A stretch of 64,000 nt of DNA from Thermoplasmata archaeon (GCA_021792255.1 JAJYUZ010000003.1:224001-288000), one strand, 5' to 3'. Shown: positions 20,618-31,512, counted from the first letter of the stretch. Numbers and translations are program-made. The notes: a model not told the origin generated them from the sequence alone.

Positions 20618-21469
20618 ATGGATAGGAAAGTTGCTTTCGGGAGCCTTTTATTCGTAGCAATAGTCTGGGGTTCGACGTTTCCTATCATCAAAGTATCCCT
20701 GAGCTACATAGATCCTATGTCATTTCTTCTCTTCAGGTTTGTCATCGCTTCACTCGTACTGTTACCGTTTATATACAAGAAGATAAACAGGAGAGACGCC
20801 CTCTACGGTTCTCTTGTAGGAGTGCCACTTTTCGTGGGCTATGTTACTCAGACCATCGGCCTGGAATATACCTCTCCGTCAATGTCTGGTCTTATCACCG
20901 GGATTTACATCATCTTGACCCCCATTCTCTCGATCTTCGTATTGAAGAATGGAGCCGATTTGGTCAAAATTTATCTTGCCATGGCGGCATTCGTCGGGAT
21001 GGCCCTAATGACCGTGTCTTCCACATCAGGGGAGATCATTGGGAATTTACTGACCCTGGTGACAGCCGTGTGTTATGCTTTGCAGATGGTCCTAACCGAA
21101 AAGTATCTGTTGAAGGGAGACCCATTGGTCTTTACCTTCTTTCAGTTGGTCATCGTTGCGGTGCTGAGCTTGCTGGTAAGTCCCGGCTCGGTAATGAAGG
21201 TCGGTGCTCTGACAAACAGCTACGTCCTATTCTCGGTATTATTCAACGCGATATTGGGTACCTCGCTTGCCATCTGGTTCATGAGCGCTGCGATCAGGAG
21301 TATAAGCGCTTACCTATCCGCACTGATATTGGTAATAGAACCCGTTTCAGCAGTGGTCGTCTCCACCATATTCTTCCACTTCCCAATCTCTGGATTGATG
21401 GTATTAGGTGGAGTAATCATACTGGTCGCGATGGTGCTTGCGATAAATAGGGAAAACAAGAAAATTTAG
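20618..21469 (+). CDS. EamA/DMT-family transporter
   Basis: 10 TM; WGSTFPIIK, QTIGLEYTS, IEPV. Confidence 0.9.
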   Translation: MDRKVAFGSLLFVAIVWGSTFPIIKVSLSYIDPMSFLLFRFVIASLVLLPFIYKKINRRDALYGSLVGVPLFVGYVTQTIGLEYTSPSMSGLITGIYIILTPILSIFVLKNGADLVKIYLAMAAFVGMALMTVSSTSGEIIGNLLTLVTAVCYALQMVLTEKYLLKGDPLVFTFFQLVIVAVLSLLVSPGSVMKVGALTNSYVLFSVLFNAILGTSLAIWFMSAAIRSISAYLSALILVIEPVSAVVVSTIFFHFPISGLMVLGGVIILVAMVLAINRENKKI

Positions 21470-21512
21470 GAAAGACAGTTGAAAGTGCCTCTCTTTTTTC
21501 TTAACCTCCATT

Positions 21513-21992
21513 CTATTGCTTGGAACTTTCTACTGCTCTCCTGAAAAGAGATTTCCTGAGAGACTGCAGACCACCAAATCTTGCATATGTAAATCCCTCA
21601 GCAAATCTCGGTATTCTGGACATCTTTACGTAGAGCGACATAACGTCTCGTGCCTTTGACTGTGCCCGGATCAAGATGGCTGGAGCCTCAGTTTTGGCCC
21701 GCAGGAGAACGTCGGGTATTTCATCTTGTGAGTCCACATCATCTAACAGGTCCTTCAGAAAGTCTGACTCTGGAGCACCTCTTTTAAAAATAATGGATGT
21801 CTCTAAATCGGCTAGGTAACGCAGAATTTTCTCGTAATTCTCCTTCCATTCCCTGTCCTTGGACAATAACAGCCCTATGTCGGATTCAAGTGATGCCATC
21901 GCAGTAAAGAAAGTCTCAACCTCCGAATCGTACTCCTCTTCTGTGTTTGAAATTGCGCACCCAAACTTCGGAAACTCTTTCGCATGCTCCAT
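21513..21992 (-). CDS. hypothetical helical protein, degenerate PduO-like; paralogue of 22102..22578
   Basis: Shares FPxFxCxI, YDS, LESDxG, PAILIR, SRIxRFxxGF and RFxGL with its neighbour. Confidence 0.6.
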   Translation of the reverse strand: MEHAKEFPKFGCAISNTEEEYDSEVETFFTAMASLESDIGLLLSKDREWKENYEKILRYLADLETSIIFKRGAPESDFLKDLLDDVDSQDEIPDVLLRAKTEAPAILIRAQSKARDVMSLYVKMSRIPRFAEGFTYARFGGLQSLRKSLFRRAVESSKQ

Positions 21993-22101
21993 ACTTTCCT
22001 AACTGTGTGCTGCATCTAAACTTATTGATTGAAGAGACGCTAAAAGAAATGGTTCAAGTGAAGGACCTTTTCGGAAGCTGCGCTAGCCTGATACGAATAC
22101 C

Positions 22102-22578
22102 CTACCTCGATTTCTTGATTGCCCTGATAAATAATGCTTCGCTCAGGATCCTTAGACCATCGAATCTTTCTTCAGAGAATCCTTTTGAAAATCTCTCTAT
22201 TCTGGATACTCTTATGTAGAGTGCCATCAGTTCTTCTACCTCCGCGGCGGTTCTGATTAGTATTGCGGGAACACTGCTACTAGAATGCAGCATAACATCA
22301 GCTTCGTCAACATCCTTCGGTTTGTCGACCAGAAATTTGTCCAAAAAACCAGAATCTGGAGGACTCCTCTTCATGATTATTGACGAGCCAACGTCCGAGA
22401 CGTACTGGAGCATCTTGGCATATTCATCATTCCAATCTTGGTCTAGATGCATTAGGATGCCCAGATCAGATTCGAGATAGATTAGATGTCTGAAAAACTC
22501 CCACGCTCCAGAGTCATAGTCTTCTGGCGCGCCCGTAATCACGCATTCAAAAGTCGGAAACTGCTTCGTATCCTTCAT
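22102..22578 (-). CDS. hypothetical helical protein, degenerate PduO-like; paralogue of 21513..21992
   Basis: Colinear similarity with the downstream ORF over its full length. Confidence 0.6.
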   Translation of the reverse strand: MKDTKQFPTFECVITGAPEDYDSGAWEFFRHLIYLESDLGILMHLDQDWNDEYAKMLQYVSDVGSSIIMKRSPPDSGFLDKFLVDKPKDVDEADVMLHSSSSVPAILIRTAAEVEELMALYIRVSRIERFSKGFSEERFDGLRILSEALFIRAIKKSR

Positions 22579-22660
22579 CTTTATCGCGATCTATTCTAAG
22601 ACTGGGTTTAAGTCTATTGTTATGTGGTTAATGAAAAAAAACAGAATGATAAATGGGTGT

Positions 22661-22975
22661 TTATGATTGAAGTTTCACTTCTATGTTTATTCCATCAGGT
22701 AGCTGAATCCTCATCACTTGCCTGATCGTTCTCTCGTCTGCATCGATGTAAATGAGTCTTCTGTGTACCCTCATTTCCCATCTGTCCCAGGTTGCTGTTC
22801 CAGCCCCATTCGGAGCTTTTCTTATGGGGACGAGTAACCTCTTTGTGAGAAGCGGAATCGGACCCTTCATCTCGACGCCTGTCCTGCTGGCCAATTGCCT
22901 AATCTCTGTGCAGACATTATCGACTTTTTTGACATTGGTTCCGGACAGTGAAATTTTCATTCGGTAAGAAGGCAT
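22661..22975 (-). CDS. rps10: 30S ribosomal protein uS10
   Basis: [10 protein letters not shown]...[24 protein letters not shown]. Confidence 0.96.
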   Translation of the reverse strand: MPSYRMKISLSGTNVKKVDNVCTEIRQLASRTGVEMKGPIPLLTKRLLVPIRKAPNGAGTATWDRWEMRVHRRLIYIDADERTIRQVMRIQLPDGINIEVKLQS

Positions 22976-22984
22976 TGAGATCCA

Positions 22985-24265
22985 CTACTGTGTTTTCTTT
23001 TCCAGATCAATACACTGTCCAGCTGCCACGGTCTGTCCCATATCCCTTACTGCGAATCTCGCCATCTGGGGGAATTCTGACATCTTCTCTATGACCATTG
23101 GCTTGGAAGGAATGATCTTGACAATTGCGGCATCTCCAGTCTGGATGTGCTGGGGATTTTCTTCTTTCGTTGTTCCCTGTCTTGGATCTATTGTCTTGAT
23201 GATTTCTGTGATCGTACACGCGACCTGTGCTGTGTGGGTATGGAATACGGGCGTATATCCTGCAGCGATTACGGAGGGGTGGTTGAGTACCACTATCTGA
23301 CCAGTGAAACTCGAAACTACGGTCGGAGGGCTCGAAACCAAACCGGCAACGTCTCCTCGCCTTATGTCTGTCTTTGAGATTCCTCTGACGTTGAATCCAA
23401 CGTTGTCTCCAGGCTCTGCTTGCTGAATGTTTTCGTGATGCTCCTCGATCGATTTGACCTCTCCCACTTTGTGAGAAGGTTCGAATATGATGTTATCTCC
23501 AACCTTCATTACCCCGGTCTCGACTCTTCCTACTGGGACCGTTCCTATACCTGTAATGGAATAGACGTCTTGTACGGGGAGTCTGAGGGGCTTGTCGGTT
23601 GGTTTTGGCGGAATTGTAAGCTGATTAAGGAGGTCAAGTACGGTCGGTCCAGACCACCAGGAGAGGTTGGGGCTCTTCTTCATTATGTTGTCTCCCTTGT
23701 ATCCTGATATCGGGACGACTGGAACATTCTTGTATCCAACGGAGAGAAGGAGCTGCTCAATCTGTTTCTTGACTTCCTCAAATCTCTTTTGAGAATAGGG
23801 CGGCTGGGTGGCGTCCATCTTGTTTACTAGAACTATCAACTGTGGAACCCCTAGGGTCCTTGCAAGGAAAACGTGTTCCCTCGTCTGGGCCATGACACCT
23901 TCTCCATCTCTCGCTGAAACGACGAGGAGAGCAGCGTCCGCCTGACTCGTTCCTGTTATCATGTTCTTTACGAAGTCTCTGTGACCGGGAGCATCGATGA
24001 GGGTGAAGTAGTACTTGTCAGTCTCGAATTTTCTGTGTGCTACATCGATAGTAACACCTCTTTCTCTTTCCTCTTTCAGCCTATCCATAACCCAAGCAAA
24101 CTCAAAAGTTGCCTTTCCTTTCTCTTCTGCTTCTTTCTTGTATTCTTCTATGATATGAGCAGGGATTTCGCCGTGCTCGAATAGCAGTCTTCCTACTGTT
24201 GTTGATTTACCATGATCCACGTGACCAATGGTTACGAGATTCAGATGTGGTTTTTGCGTAGCCAT
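22985..24265 (-). CDS. tuf: translation elongation factor EF-1 alpha
   Basis: [34 protein letters not shown]. Confidence 0.98.
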   Translation of the reverse strand: MATQKPHLNLVTIGHVDHGKSTTVGRLLFEHGEIPAHIIEEYKKEAEEKGKATFEFAWVMDRLKEERERGVTIDVAHRKFETDKYYFTLIDAPGHRDFVKNMITGTSQADAALLVVSARDGEGVMAQTREHVFLARTLGVPQLIVLVNKMDATQPPYSQKRFEEVKKQIEQLLLSVGYKNVPVVPISGYKGDNIMKKSPNLSWWSGPTVLDLLNQLTIPPKPTDKPLRLPVQDVYSITGIGTVPVGRVETGVMKVGDNIIFEPSHKVGEVKSIEEHHENIQQAEPGDNVGFNVRGISKTDIRRGDVAGLVSSPPTVVSSFTGQIVVLNHPSVIAAGYTPVFHTHTAQVACTITEIIKTIDPRQGTTKEENPQHIQTGDAAIVKIIPSKPMVIEKMSEFPQMARFAVRDMGQTVAAGQCIDLEKKTQ

Positions 24266-24398
24266 ACTATTGTGCCTCCATATTTGTACCTAGCTACCGC
24301 CTATTTTATCTCCGTATAAATCTTTTGTTGTGTTCATTTCCCGGTTCTATCATTGAGCGTGGTGGTCACACCGCCAGATCACGTCAAAAACTGATAGG

Positions 24399-24980
24399 TC
24401 AGCCGTAGAAGTAGATATAGATCGAAGTCAAAAATAGTGCGACCACGAGTATATAGTCCACAGTCGTCGGTTTCAATTTTGACAGATTCTTCACCACTCC
24501 TGTCATGACCACCGCAAGCACTACCAGTAAAGCCAAGATACTCACCGCTATGAACGTCACGCCGATAACGGTCAATTCAACATTTCCCAGCGGGTATGAT
24601 GCCATTATGATCGGCAGGAGAACTGGATCTGGAAGTATGCTCACTATTAGTGATGTGCTTTGTATATTCTTGGAGCCCTTCTTTTCCCTTAGAGTGTTTA
24701 TTAGTACATACATCGCTACCAAGACGAGAACCACGATCGAGACTTCTTTAAGGTCATTCAGACCAAACGCGCTGACGCCCACGAATAACGCCAGCATGGA
24801 GAGAAGCACAGAAGTCGATCCGTGGAGGAACCCCAGGACCGTCGAAATTTCTAAAACTCTTCTCCTCTTGTAACCCTCCTTTAGAGATAGGGCGGTAAGA
24901 GGGAGCCAGTGATCTGGTGCGATCATATGAAGAGATGCAACCGCAGTCGCGAGAGCAATGAAGACCAGAGGAGAATACAT
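24399..24980 (-). CDS. Ni/Co permease-like membrane protein (NiCoT/UreH-like)
   Basis: About 6 TM with HMIAPDH (HX4DH) and GFLHG motifs. Confidence 0.65.
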   Translation of the reverse strand: MYSPLVFIALATAVASLHMIAPDHWLPLTALSLKEGYKRRRVLEISTVLGFLHGSTSVLLSMLALFVGVSAFGLNDLKEVSIVVLVLVAMYVLINTLREKKGSKNIQSTSLIVSILPDPVLLPIIMASYPLGNVELTVIGVTFIAVSILALLVVLAVVMTGVVKNLSKLKPTTVDYILVVALFLTSIYIYFYG

Positions 24981-25100
24981 TTACTCCCGATGCCTTAAAG
25001 TTATTAATAAATCCTTGTTGCAGAGAATCAAAATTGCGAAAAGAAAAATCGTTGACCAGAGAGAGTTTTCCCTCCCTCCAGTCATTTCTGAAAAGTGCGG

Positions 25101-27305
25101 CTATAGGTTTGCGTAGTAATTCGCATCGTAGGGTTCCGGTTTTAGTCCCTTTCTTTCCCTGATCTTCGCAACCACGCCGGCCTGCAGGTCCCTCGGGACT
25201 ATCTGGTGGCCGTGATTCTCCGTCGACCACAGGACTCTTCCACCCGTCGCACCCCTTATGGCGGATGCAAATCCGAACATTTCGGGTACTGGAACCATGG
25301 CTGATATCTTTGACTGCTCTCCTTCCTGCTCCATTTCAGTGATGACTCCCCTTCTCTGCTGGAATTCCCTTGTGACCGATCCGGATTCCTCCAACGGCGT
25401 ATCTACGAATACCTTCTGAATCGGTTCAAGAAGTATCCTGTTGGCCAGACACATTGCGCCGTAGATCGCATTCCTCACCGCAGGAATTACCTGGGCTGGT
25501 CCTCTGTGGATGCTGTCTTCGTGAAGCTTTGCATCGACCAGCATGATCTTTGTTCCGTACACTCTTTCGGCGGCCAACGGTCCCCTGTCTATAGCTTCGA
25601 CGAAGGCCTCCTTCACTAGTTCCATCGTCTCATTGAGGTACTGTATTCCTTTTGTAAGATCTAGCAGGATGTTTGGACCATGAACGGCTTCTATCCCCTT
25701 GGCCTCATCTCTATCGAGACCGAGTTCCTGGAGGGTCGCAATGACCGCCTTTTTGTCCTTGATCCTCTCAGCCTGTAATATGTCTCCCTTGAGAATTGCT
25801 TCCGTGATGGACTTTTCTAGTGGTGCAACTTCTATGTAAAACCTGTTGTGCTTGTTTGGGGACTTGCCTTCGAATGGTCCGCCCTTCCCTTGAACCGTTT
25901 CTCTGTAAACTACGATTGGATCCGAGGTATCTACCTCGACTTTGTGCTCGTTCTTTATCCTGTAGAGAGTCACATCCAGATGGAGTTCTCCCATACCGGA
26001 CATAAGGTGTTCCCCTGTTTCTTGATTGATTTCGACTTCGATGCTGGGGTCTGCCTTTGCAATAGTCCTCAAAACTTCGATGAGTCTCGGAAGATCTTTG
26101 GTGTGCTTCGCTTCTATTGCGACCGTCACGACCGGTTCCGAGTAATGTATCATCGGCTCGAAGACTTCCATATCGGCTATGCTGGATACTGTAGATCCGG
26201 CTATGGCATCCTTCAGTCCAACAACTGCCGAAATGTTTCCTGCGTCCAATTCATCGACAGGAATCCTGTCCGGTCCGACCATCATGGCAAGCTGCTGCAC
26301 TTTGTATCTTCTATCCCCTGCCCCTGAAATGTAGAGTTCTACCCCCTTGACGAGCTTTCCGCTAAAGAGCCTTCCGACTGCGACTTCGCCTGCGTGCTCA
26401 TCGACTATGATCTTGGTGACCATCATCATCACCGGACCATTAGAATCGCAAGTAGTCATTGCCTTTCCGACATCAGACGTAATGTCACCCTTCCAGATCT
26501 GTGGTATCCTGTAGACCTGGGCCACTTTCGGCGGAGGGAGATGGTGTACCACTGCGTCCAAGAGGACCTTATGCAGAGGAGTTTTTTTGGCTAGCGTTTT
26601 CTGGTCTCCGGCCGTCAGGTGCTGGTATACCTCCTTGAAACCTATTGATGATTTTGGGGTATACTTGGTGGAGAGAGCCCAGTTATTGAACGCGGATCCA
26701 AATATGACGGATCCGTTCTCGACGTTTACCTGCCAGGCTTCCTTGAACTCTTCTGGGGCATATCTCTTCAGCAACCTGTTGACTTCTGTGATTATCTTCA
26801 CGAAACGCTTCATCATGTCGTCTGGTCCGAGCTTCAGTTCGTTTATCAGCCTGTCGACCTTGTTAATGAAGAGAATTGGCTTAACTCTCTCTCTTAGCGC
26901 CTGCCTGATGACAGTCTCTGTCTGCGGCATTGGACCTTCAACTGAGTCAACGACGATGACCGCACCGTCGACTGCCCTCATTGCCCTCGTGACGTCTCCT
27001 CCAAAGTCAACGTGTCCTGGTGTATCTATTAGATTTACGAGATATGAAGTCCCTTCAACTTCGTGAACCATTGATGCCGATGCAGCGTTGATCGTGATTC
27101 CTCTTGCCTGCTCTTGCTCATCGAAATCCAGGACGAGCTGTTTGCCAGCTAGCTCCTCGCTCATCATTCCCGCGCCAGCGATCAGATTGTCCGATAACGT
27201 CGTCTTTCCATGATCTATGTGGGCGGCTATTCCTATGTTTCTTATTCTGGTTATATCCTTCATTATTTCGGAGGCTTTCTGAATGTTGTCTTCTTTTCTT
27301 CCCAC
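25101..27305 (-). CDS. fusA: translation elongation factor EF-2
   Basis: AHIDHGKTT, DTPGHVDF, NKVD, diphthamide loop DSIHRGPAQ. Confidence 0.98.
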   Translation of the reverse strand: MGRKEDNIQKASEIMKDITRIRNIGIAAHIDHGKTTLSDNLIAGAGMMSEELAGKQLVLDFDEQEQARGITINAASASMVHEVEGTSYLVNLIDTPGHVDFGGDVTRAMRAVDGAVIVVDSVEGPMPQTETVIRQALRERVKPILFINKVDRLINELKLGPDDMMKRFVKIITEVNRLLKRYAPEEFKEAWQVNVENGSVIFGSAFNNWALSTKYTPKSSIGFKEVYQHLTAGDQKTLAKKTPLHKVLLDAVVHHLPPPKVAQVYRIPQIWKGDITSDVGKAMTTCDSNGPVMMMVTKIIVDEHAGEVAVGRLFSGKLVKGVELYISGAGDRRYKVQQLAMMVGPDRIPVDELDAGNISAVVGLKDAIAGSTVSSIADMEVFEPMIHYSEPVVTVAIEAKHTKDLPRLIEVLRTIAKADPSIEVEINQETGEHLMSGMGELHLDVTLYRIKNEHKVEVDTSDPIVVYRETVQGKGGPFEGKSPNKHNRFYIEVAPLEKSITEAILKGDILQAERIKDKKAVIATLQELGLDRDEAKGIEAVHGPNILLDLTKGIQYLNETMELVKEAFVEAIDRGPLAAERVYGTKIMLVDAKLHEDSIHRGPAQVIPAVRNAIYGAMCLANRILLEPIQKVFVDTPLEESGSVTREFQQRRGVITEMEQEGEQSKISAMVPVPEMFGFASAIRGATGGRVLWSTENHGHQIVPRDLQAGVVAKIRERKGLKPEPYDANYYANL

Positions 27306-27311
27306 TTAAAA

Positions 27312-27878
27312 TCACCTCGCCGAGGAAGCCTGCCTTTCCTTGTCGTCCTTCTCCTTTATAGAATAACAGTTCGGGTCGTTCTTCGCTGCTGCGATTATTT
27401 CATCCGCTAGCGCTACCCACATGTTTTTCTTTGTCTTCTTGGCCGTTTGCCTGGCTCCAAATGAGATGTTTCTAATCGCCAGATCCAATCTTCTAGATGA
27501 ACTCGTATCAACGGACTTAGGAACGGCGATTCCTCCATATTTCAGTCTCGTGATCTCTTCCCTCGGCCCAGCATTCTGTATTGCGTTGACGTAAACCTGG
27601 ACGGGATTCTCTTTCGTCTTCTTCTCTACCGATTCGAAAGCGAGTTTTACCGTCCTGTAAGCGCTCTGCTTTTTTCCAGTCCATCTGATGGTCCTCATAA
27701 GATTGTTTATGAGGCGCTCGACCACATTCATTCCTGCTTTGCCCATGAACTTGTTTGCGTGTTTCCCTCCGCTGTGGAGAGTAGCGGTTGGTTTCAGAGA
27801 GATGTATTTCGAAAGTGCAGGATCTACGACAGAAATTCCCTCCGTTTCCCACTTTTCAAAAACGAGAATACCCACCAT
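27312..27878 (-). CDS. rps7: 30S ribosomal protein uS7
   Basis: VERLINNLM, NAGPREE, YGGIAVPKSVD, ERQASSAR. Confidence 0.96.
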   Translation of the reverse strand: MVGILVFEKWETEGISVVDPALSKYISLKPTATLHSGGKHANKFMGKAGMNVVERLINNLMRTIRWTGKKQSAYRTVKLAFESVEKKTKENPVQVYVNAIQNAGPREEITRLKYGGIAVPKSVDTSSSRRLDLAIRNISFGARQTAKKTKKNMWVALADEIIAAAKNDPNCYSIKEKDDKERQASSAR

Positions 27879-27883
27879 TCATA

Positions 27884-28312
27884 TCACCTTACTGGTTTCT
27901 CCTTTCTTCCCTTTACTAGCTCTTTCAAGGAAACGTTGTTCACCTTAATGACCTTGTATCTCACGCCGGGGATGTCTCCTTTTGACCTTCCCATTCTTCC
28001 ACCTATTCCTTCCACAACGACTTCGTCGTGTTCGTCTATGAAATTTATCGCTCCGTCTCCCGGTGCAAATGCGGTCAGTTGTCTTCCGTTCTTTATCAAC
28101 TGTATCTTCACGCATTTCCTTATTGCGGAATTAGGCTGTTTTGCTTCAATACCAACTTTTTCAATGACGATTCCTCTTGCCTGAGGTGCACCCTCAAGCG
28201 GGTCACTTTTTATCTTCAATCTCAGTACTCTTCTCTTGTAGTCTCTATCCGACCATCGTAACTTGTCTCTATTGACTCTAACTTGTTTTCCACCCATTAG
28301 TCCGTTAGGCAA
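27884..28312 (-). CDS. rps12: 30S ribosomal protein uS12
   Basis: [12 protein letters not shown] and [10 protein letters not shown]; TTG start at 28312 after SD GAGGTG. Confidence 0.96.
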   Translation of the reverse strand: MPNGLMGGKQVRVNRDKLRWSDRDYKRRVLRLKIKSDPLEGAPQARGIVIEKVGIEAKQPNSAIRKCVKIQLIKNGRQLTAFAPGDGAINFIDEHDEVVVEGIGGRMGRSKGDIPGVRYKVIKVNNVSLKELVKGRKEKPVR

Positions 28313-28458
28313 TTTATTCACCTCAAGGCGCCTTTCAAAATGGAGAAGCAATATAAGAGACTATCGATGTACGTCTTGGATATGTGCTCTTACTTACGAG
28401 GACGAAATCTTTTCCAAAAACTGGAAAATCCCTATTGATAGAAAGACCGTTCCCTCTT

Positions 28459-28872
28459 TTAGAGGAGAGAAATCACTTTAGGATAGAGCTCTGCTTCTTC
28501 CTGTTTATTGTGCTCGGCCAGAAATTCTTTCAGCGTATTGAGATCGTTCTCCGTTTCTGTCCATCCAGTGTATGTTGATTCAACGGACTGCTCGACCAGC
28601 TTCATTATCTTTGGATGATCCTGGAGTATCTTTATGTAAGGTTCTGATGCCTCCTTGCCTAACTTTTCCAAGAGAAATTTCAGCAACGTGGCTTCCTCAT
28701 CGATTATGTGCTGCGAGAGAGTTTCCCTCACTTCTGCAATCACGGGAAAGGCACCGCTGAGATTTCCAGTTTTGTAAGTTATGATTGCATCATCTATCAA
28801 GCCAGGGAGAGATGAATGCTCCTCCTTCAATTTTTCTATCAGTTCCTTTATGGGAATTTCTCTGGGTTTCAT
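28459..28872 (-). CDS. hemerythrin-domain protein
   Basis: EEH...HIIDEE...DH...HNKQEEAELYP pattern. Confidence 0.8.
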   Translation of the reverse strand: MKPREIPIKELIEKLKEEHSSLPGLIDDAIITYKTGNLSGAFPVIAEVRETLSQHIIDEEATLLKFLLEKLGKEASEPYIKILQDHPKIMKLVEQSVESTYTGWTETENDLNTLKEFLAEHNKQEEAELYPKVISLL

Positions 28873-28891
28873 AAGCCGTTAATTAGAATCA

Positions 28892-29905
28892 TCATTTAAC
28901 CTTTTCAACCCTTTCTGCTAAATAGAGGATGTCTTTGATTTTGAATACGAAAATCTGCTTCTCGCCTTGAAGGTCCTTTTCAAGAACTCTTCTCATCTCA
29001 TAATACTGAGAGGGATCGACCGAGTACCTGATAAAGACGCTCTTAGCATTCAGATCTAGTAGTCTCCTTCTTAACTCTTGGATGCTCCTCGCACTCTCTA
29101 AGAGTGAGTACGATTTTATGAGAAACGGGTTCTCGATGAGCTTATCGGATGTCAGCAGCGTCTTTTGCCTGTCTTGATGCAGTAAACTCAGTCGATCATC
29201 TTCTCGTAGATATTCTGGTACTAGGTCAGAATTAGAGAGGGAACCATCCAGATCGTAGATCCATTTTGAGGGTCGATCCACGATTTCAACTTTCCTCGTC
29301 AGGTCTTTGTCGCCTACAACTCTCGTCTTTGAAGGAAGGGTGATCGCGCTCCTTTCGAATCTCTTGGCTCCTCCAAGATAAACGCTCAATCTCTTTAGTT
29401 CTCCTTGAAGTGAAATATACTCGAGTTCCCAAGTGCTTGGGATGAGGCTAGGAGACATAGAAGCTGGAAGATCAAATGATACGTTGTCGGACTTATACAA
29501 CTTCAGTATTTCCATCGGATTGGGTGATAAATCTGAAAACGACCACCTATCCGCTGACTTTTGTCTGGATGGATCGGAGTGGACTACTTCCACATCTCCT
29601 ATCATCTCTACGGTGGATTTGTCAAGTGCATTTGAGGCTATAAACTCGATATTGGTGAGCCCCATTATTCCTGCGTTCTTTCTGCACGCTTCAATTCTCT
29701 CTGAATTGTTCTCAACGACCACCACTCTCTTCGAAACGAGTGCGAAGTTCAACGATTGGATTCCGATTCCAGCACCTAGATCTGCAATGCTATCCGCCTT
29801 CAGTCTCTCCGCCTTGTATTCTGCAATTAGGGGAGGTGTGCTCATCCTGAATCCCTCACTATCGTATAGCAGCTTTTCGTCGAGCCTCTTCTTGACTTCA
29901 GTCAT
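28892..29905 (-). CDS. class I SAM-dependent (RNA) methyltransferase with THUMP-like C-terminus
   Basis: ADLGAGIG and HSDPSR motifs. Confidence 0.75.
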   Translation of the reverse strand: MTEVKKRLDEKLLYDSEGFRMSTPPLIAEYKAERLKADSIADLGAGIGIQSLNFALVSKRVVVVENNSERIEACRKNAGIMGLTNIEFIASNALDKSTVEMIGDVEVVHSDPSRQKSADRWSFSDLSPNPMEILKLYKSDNVSFDLPASMSPSLIPSTWELEYISLQGELKRLSVYLGGAKRFERSAITLPSKTRVVGDKDLTRKVEIVDRPSKWIYDLDGSLSNSDLVPEYLREDDRLSLLHQDRQKTLLTSDKLIENPFLIKSYSLLESARSIQELRRRLLDLNAKSVFIRYSVDPSQYYEMRRVLEKDLQGEKQIFVFKIKDILYLAERVEKVK

Positions 29906-30013
29906 ATAAGGTCCCTGCGATAAGGCGGTCAGATGAAATTTTCAATCCTTCGGAAACGTAGTTACAGCATAGAAAACTGATTTGAACGGTGCGATAGACG
30001 GCGGACAGTTCAG

Positions 30014-30604
30014 TCACTTTTCATCCTTATTATTTTCCTCTCCTATCATTCCTGTGACCTTCACGAATCCTTCTGAGATTGAATCCTTCATATCTTTTAC
30101 GCCATACGTCTTGAGGAAGCACTTGATCGCATCAGCGGTTATCCTTGAGGCCGCAAGACTGTATCCCGTGCCCATAAGAAGTAGTTCCACTTCATTTCCA
30201 TCGTTCTTGAGCTCCATTCTGGTCAGCGGGCTAAATAGAGAATACTCTTTGAATTCTTGAGATAAATTATTGATGTCAGGTATTGCGCTCTTTATTACCT
30301 CTCCAGCTATTCTACCAGCCTCGCACCACAAATCCATCACTTTGTTTTCGGAGGCATCAAGAGCCAAGTTAAGAGTTGCATCGAGGAGCAGGTTCGGAAC
30401 CGGGACAGCGTTGAGCGACTTGGATACCTCTTGGTACTTTAACAATCTCATCAGTTGGTTTCTAGATAATCCCATGCCTTTGAGGTGTAGATAAAGGTCC
30501 ACAGATTCCGTAATTACAGAGCTTATGGTTTTCCCATCTGCATCTGCGGATTCCTGAATCTTCTTAGCCATCTCGTTAGTAAGGGAGACATTGAGCCTAG
30601 CCAT
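30014..30604 (-). CDS. putative regulator with N-terminal ribbon-helix-helix
   Basis: MARLNVSL...ADADGKTISSVITES fits an RHH pattern; C-terminal domain unassigned. Confidence 0.55.
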   Translation of the reverse strand: MARLNVSLTNEMAKKIQESADADGKTISSVITESVDLYLHLKGMGLSRNQLMRLLKYQEVSKSLNAVPVPNLLLDATLNLALDASENKVMDLWCEAGRIAGEVIKSAIPDINNLSQEFKEYSLFSPLTRMELKNDGNEVELLLMGTGYSLAASRITADAIKCFLKTYGVKDMKDSISEGFVKVTGMIGEENNKDEK

Positions 30605-30714
30605 TGACGCTTGTGAATAACTAGAAGTATAAATGTGTTCACTTGGGCAAAGATGTGTCCTGAAGTGTCTGATAAGAGAAATAGACTGCAGTAATCTTGA
30701 ATTGGTGACCTAAA

Positions 30715-31311
30715 ATGGCGTGGTTATTTACAGACCCATTGGCTGCGAATCTTTTCGTGGTAGGAATAATGTTTTTTGGCTTTGGATCTTATGCAGTCTA
30801 CAGGTTCCTATTAAACAAGAACAATACGGAGGTGAATACTGGCTTTGCCTACTTTCTCATAGGAACCGGAGCATACGCTCTGCTTTATGGATTGCTTTAC
30901 AGTATTATCGTCCCATCACCTTTCACCGTAGCTGACGGAGAACTTTTCGGAGACCCCCTTGTATTCCTTGGAATTGTTTCAATCATAACCGGAATCATTT
31001 TGATAAAGCACGTTTCGCTGAGCTTCGCAAGCATATTTGCTTTCTTCGCTGGAATCTTTGGAATAACGTACGGCGTGGACGGATACAAACTCGGAATGTC
31101 TAGTCCCTTAGTGCTGTTACTGATGTACGTTGGCGCTGGAATAGGCGGTATACTGGTGGTTCCTCTCGTACTGACTCCCAACAGGAAGGTAGTGGCAGTC
31201 ACTGCAATAATAGCTGCAATAGCCTTCTTTGGAGTTGCGGTCCTGACGCTCTACGTTGGCACGACGGCAATTGGGGGACATCTCGTAGACTTCGCTAAAG
31301 CAAGGGCCTAA
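30715..31311 (+). CDS. DUF981-like membrane protein
   Basis: LFTDPLA start, LFGDP motif, 6 TM, C-terminal AIGGHL. Confidence 0.6.
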   Translation: MAWLFTDPLAANLFVVGIMFFGFGSYAVYRFLLNKNNTEVNTGFAYFLIGTGAYALLYGLLYSIIVPSPFTVADGELFGDPLVFLGIVSIITGIILIKHVSLSFASIFAFFAGIFGITYGVDGYKLGMSSPLVLLLMYVGAGIGGILVVPLVLTPNRKVVAVTAIIAAIAFFGVAVLTLYVGTTAIGGHLVDFAKARA

Positions 31312-31329
31312 ACTTTTTTTTATTTTTTT

Positions 31330-31512
31330 ATGAAAACTCTGCTGGTCTCCTGTCCAAATTGCGGATCTAAGGATTTTGTAGTACGGGAACCAGCAGCAAT
31401 TACTTATGAATGCTTTGTTCGGGTTCCATTTATCTGCAAAGGATGCGGCTACAAGGGTGACATAAAGGTCCTGAAAGAACGAGATAACGAAATAGAAGTA
31501 GTAATAGAGTAG
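31330..31512 (+). CDS. small Zn-ribbon protein
   Basis: CPNC...CKGC in 60 aa. Confidence 0.55.
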   Translation: MKTLLVSCPNCGSKDFVVREPAAITYECFVRVPFICKGCGYKGDIKVLKERDNEIEVVIE

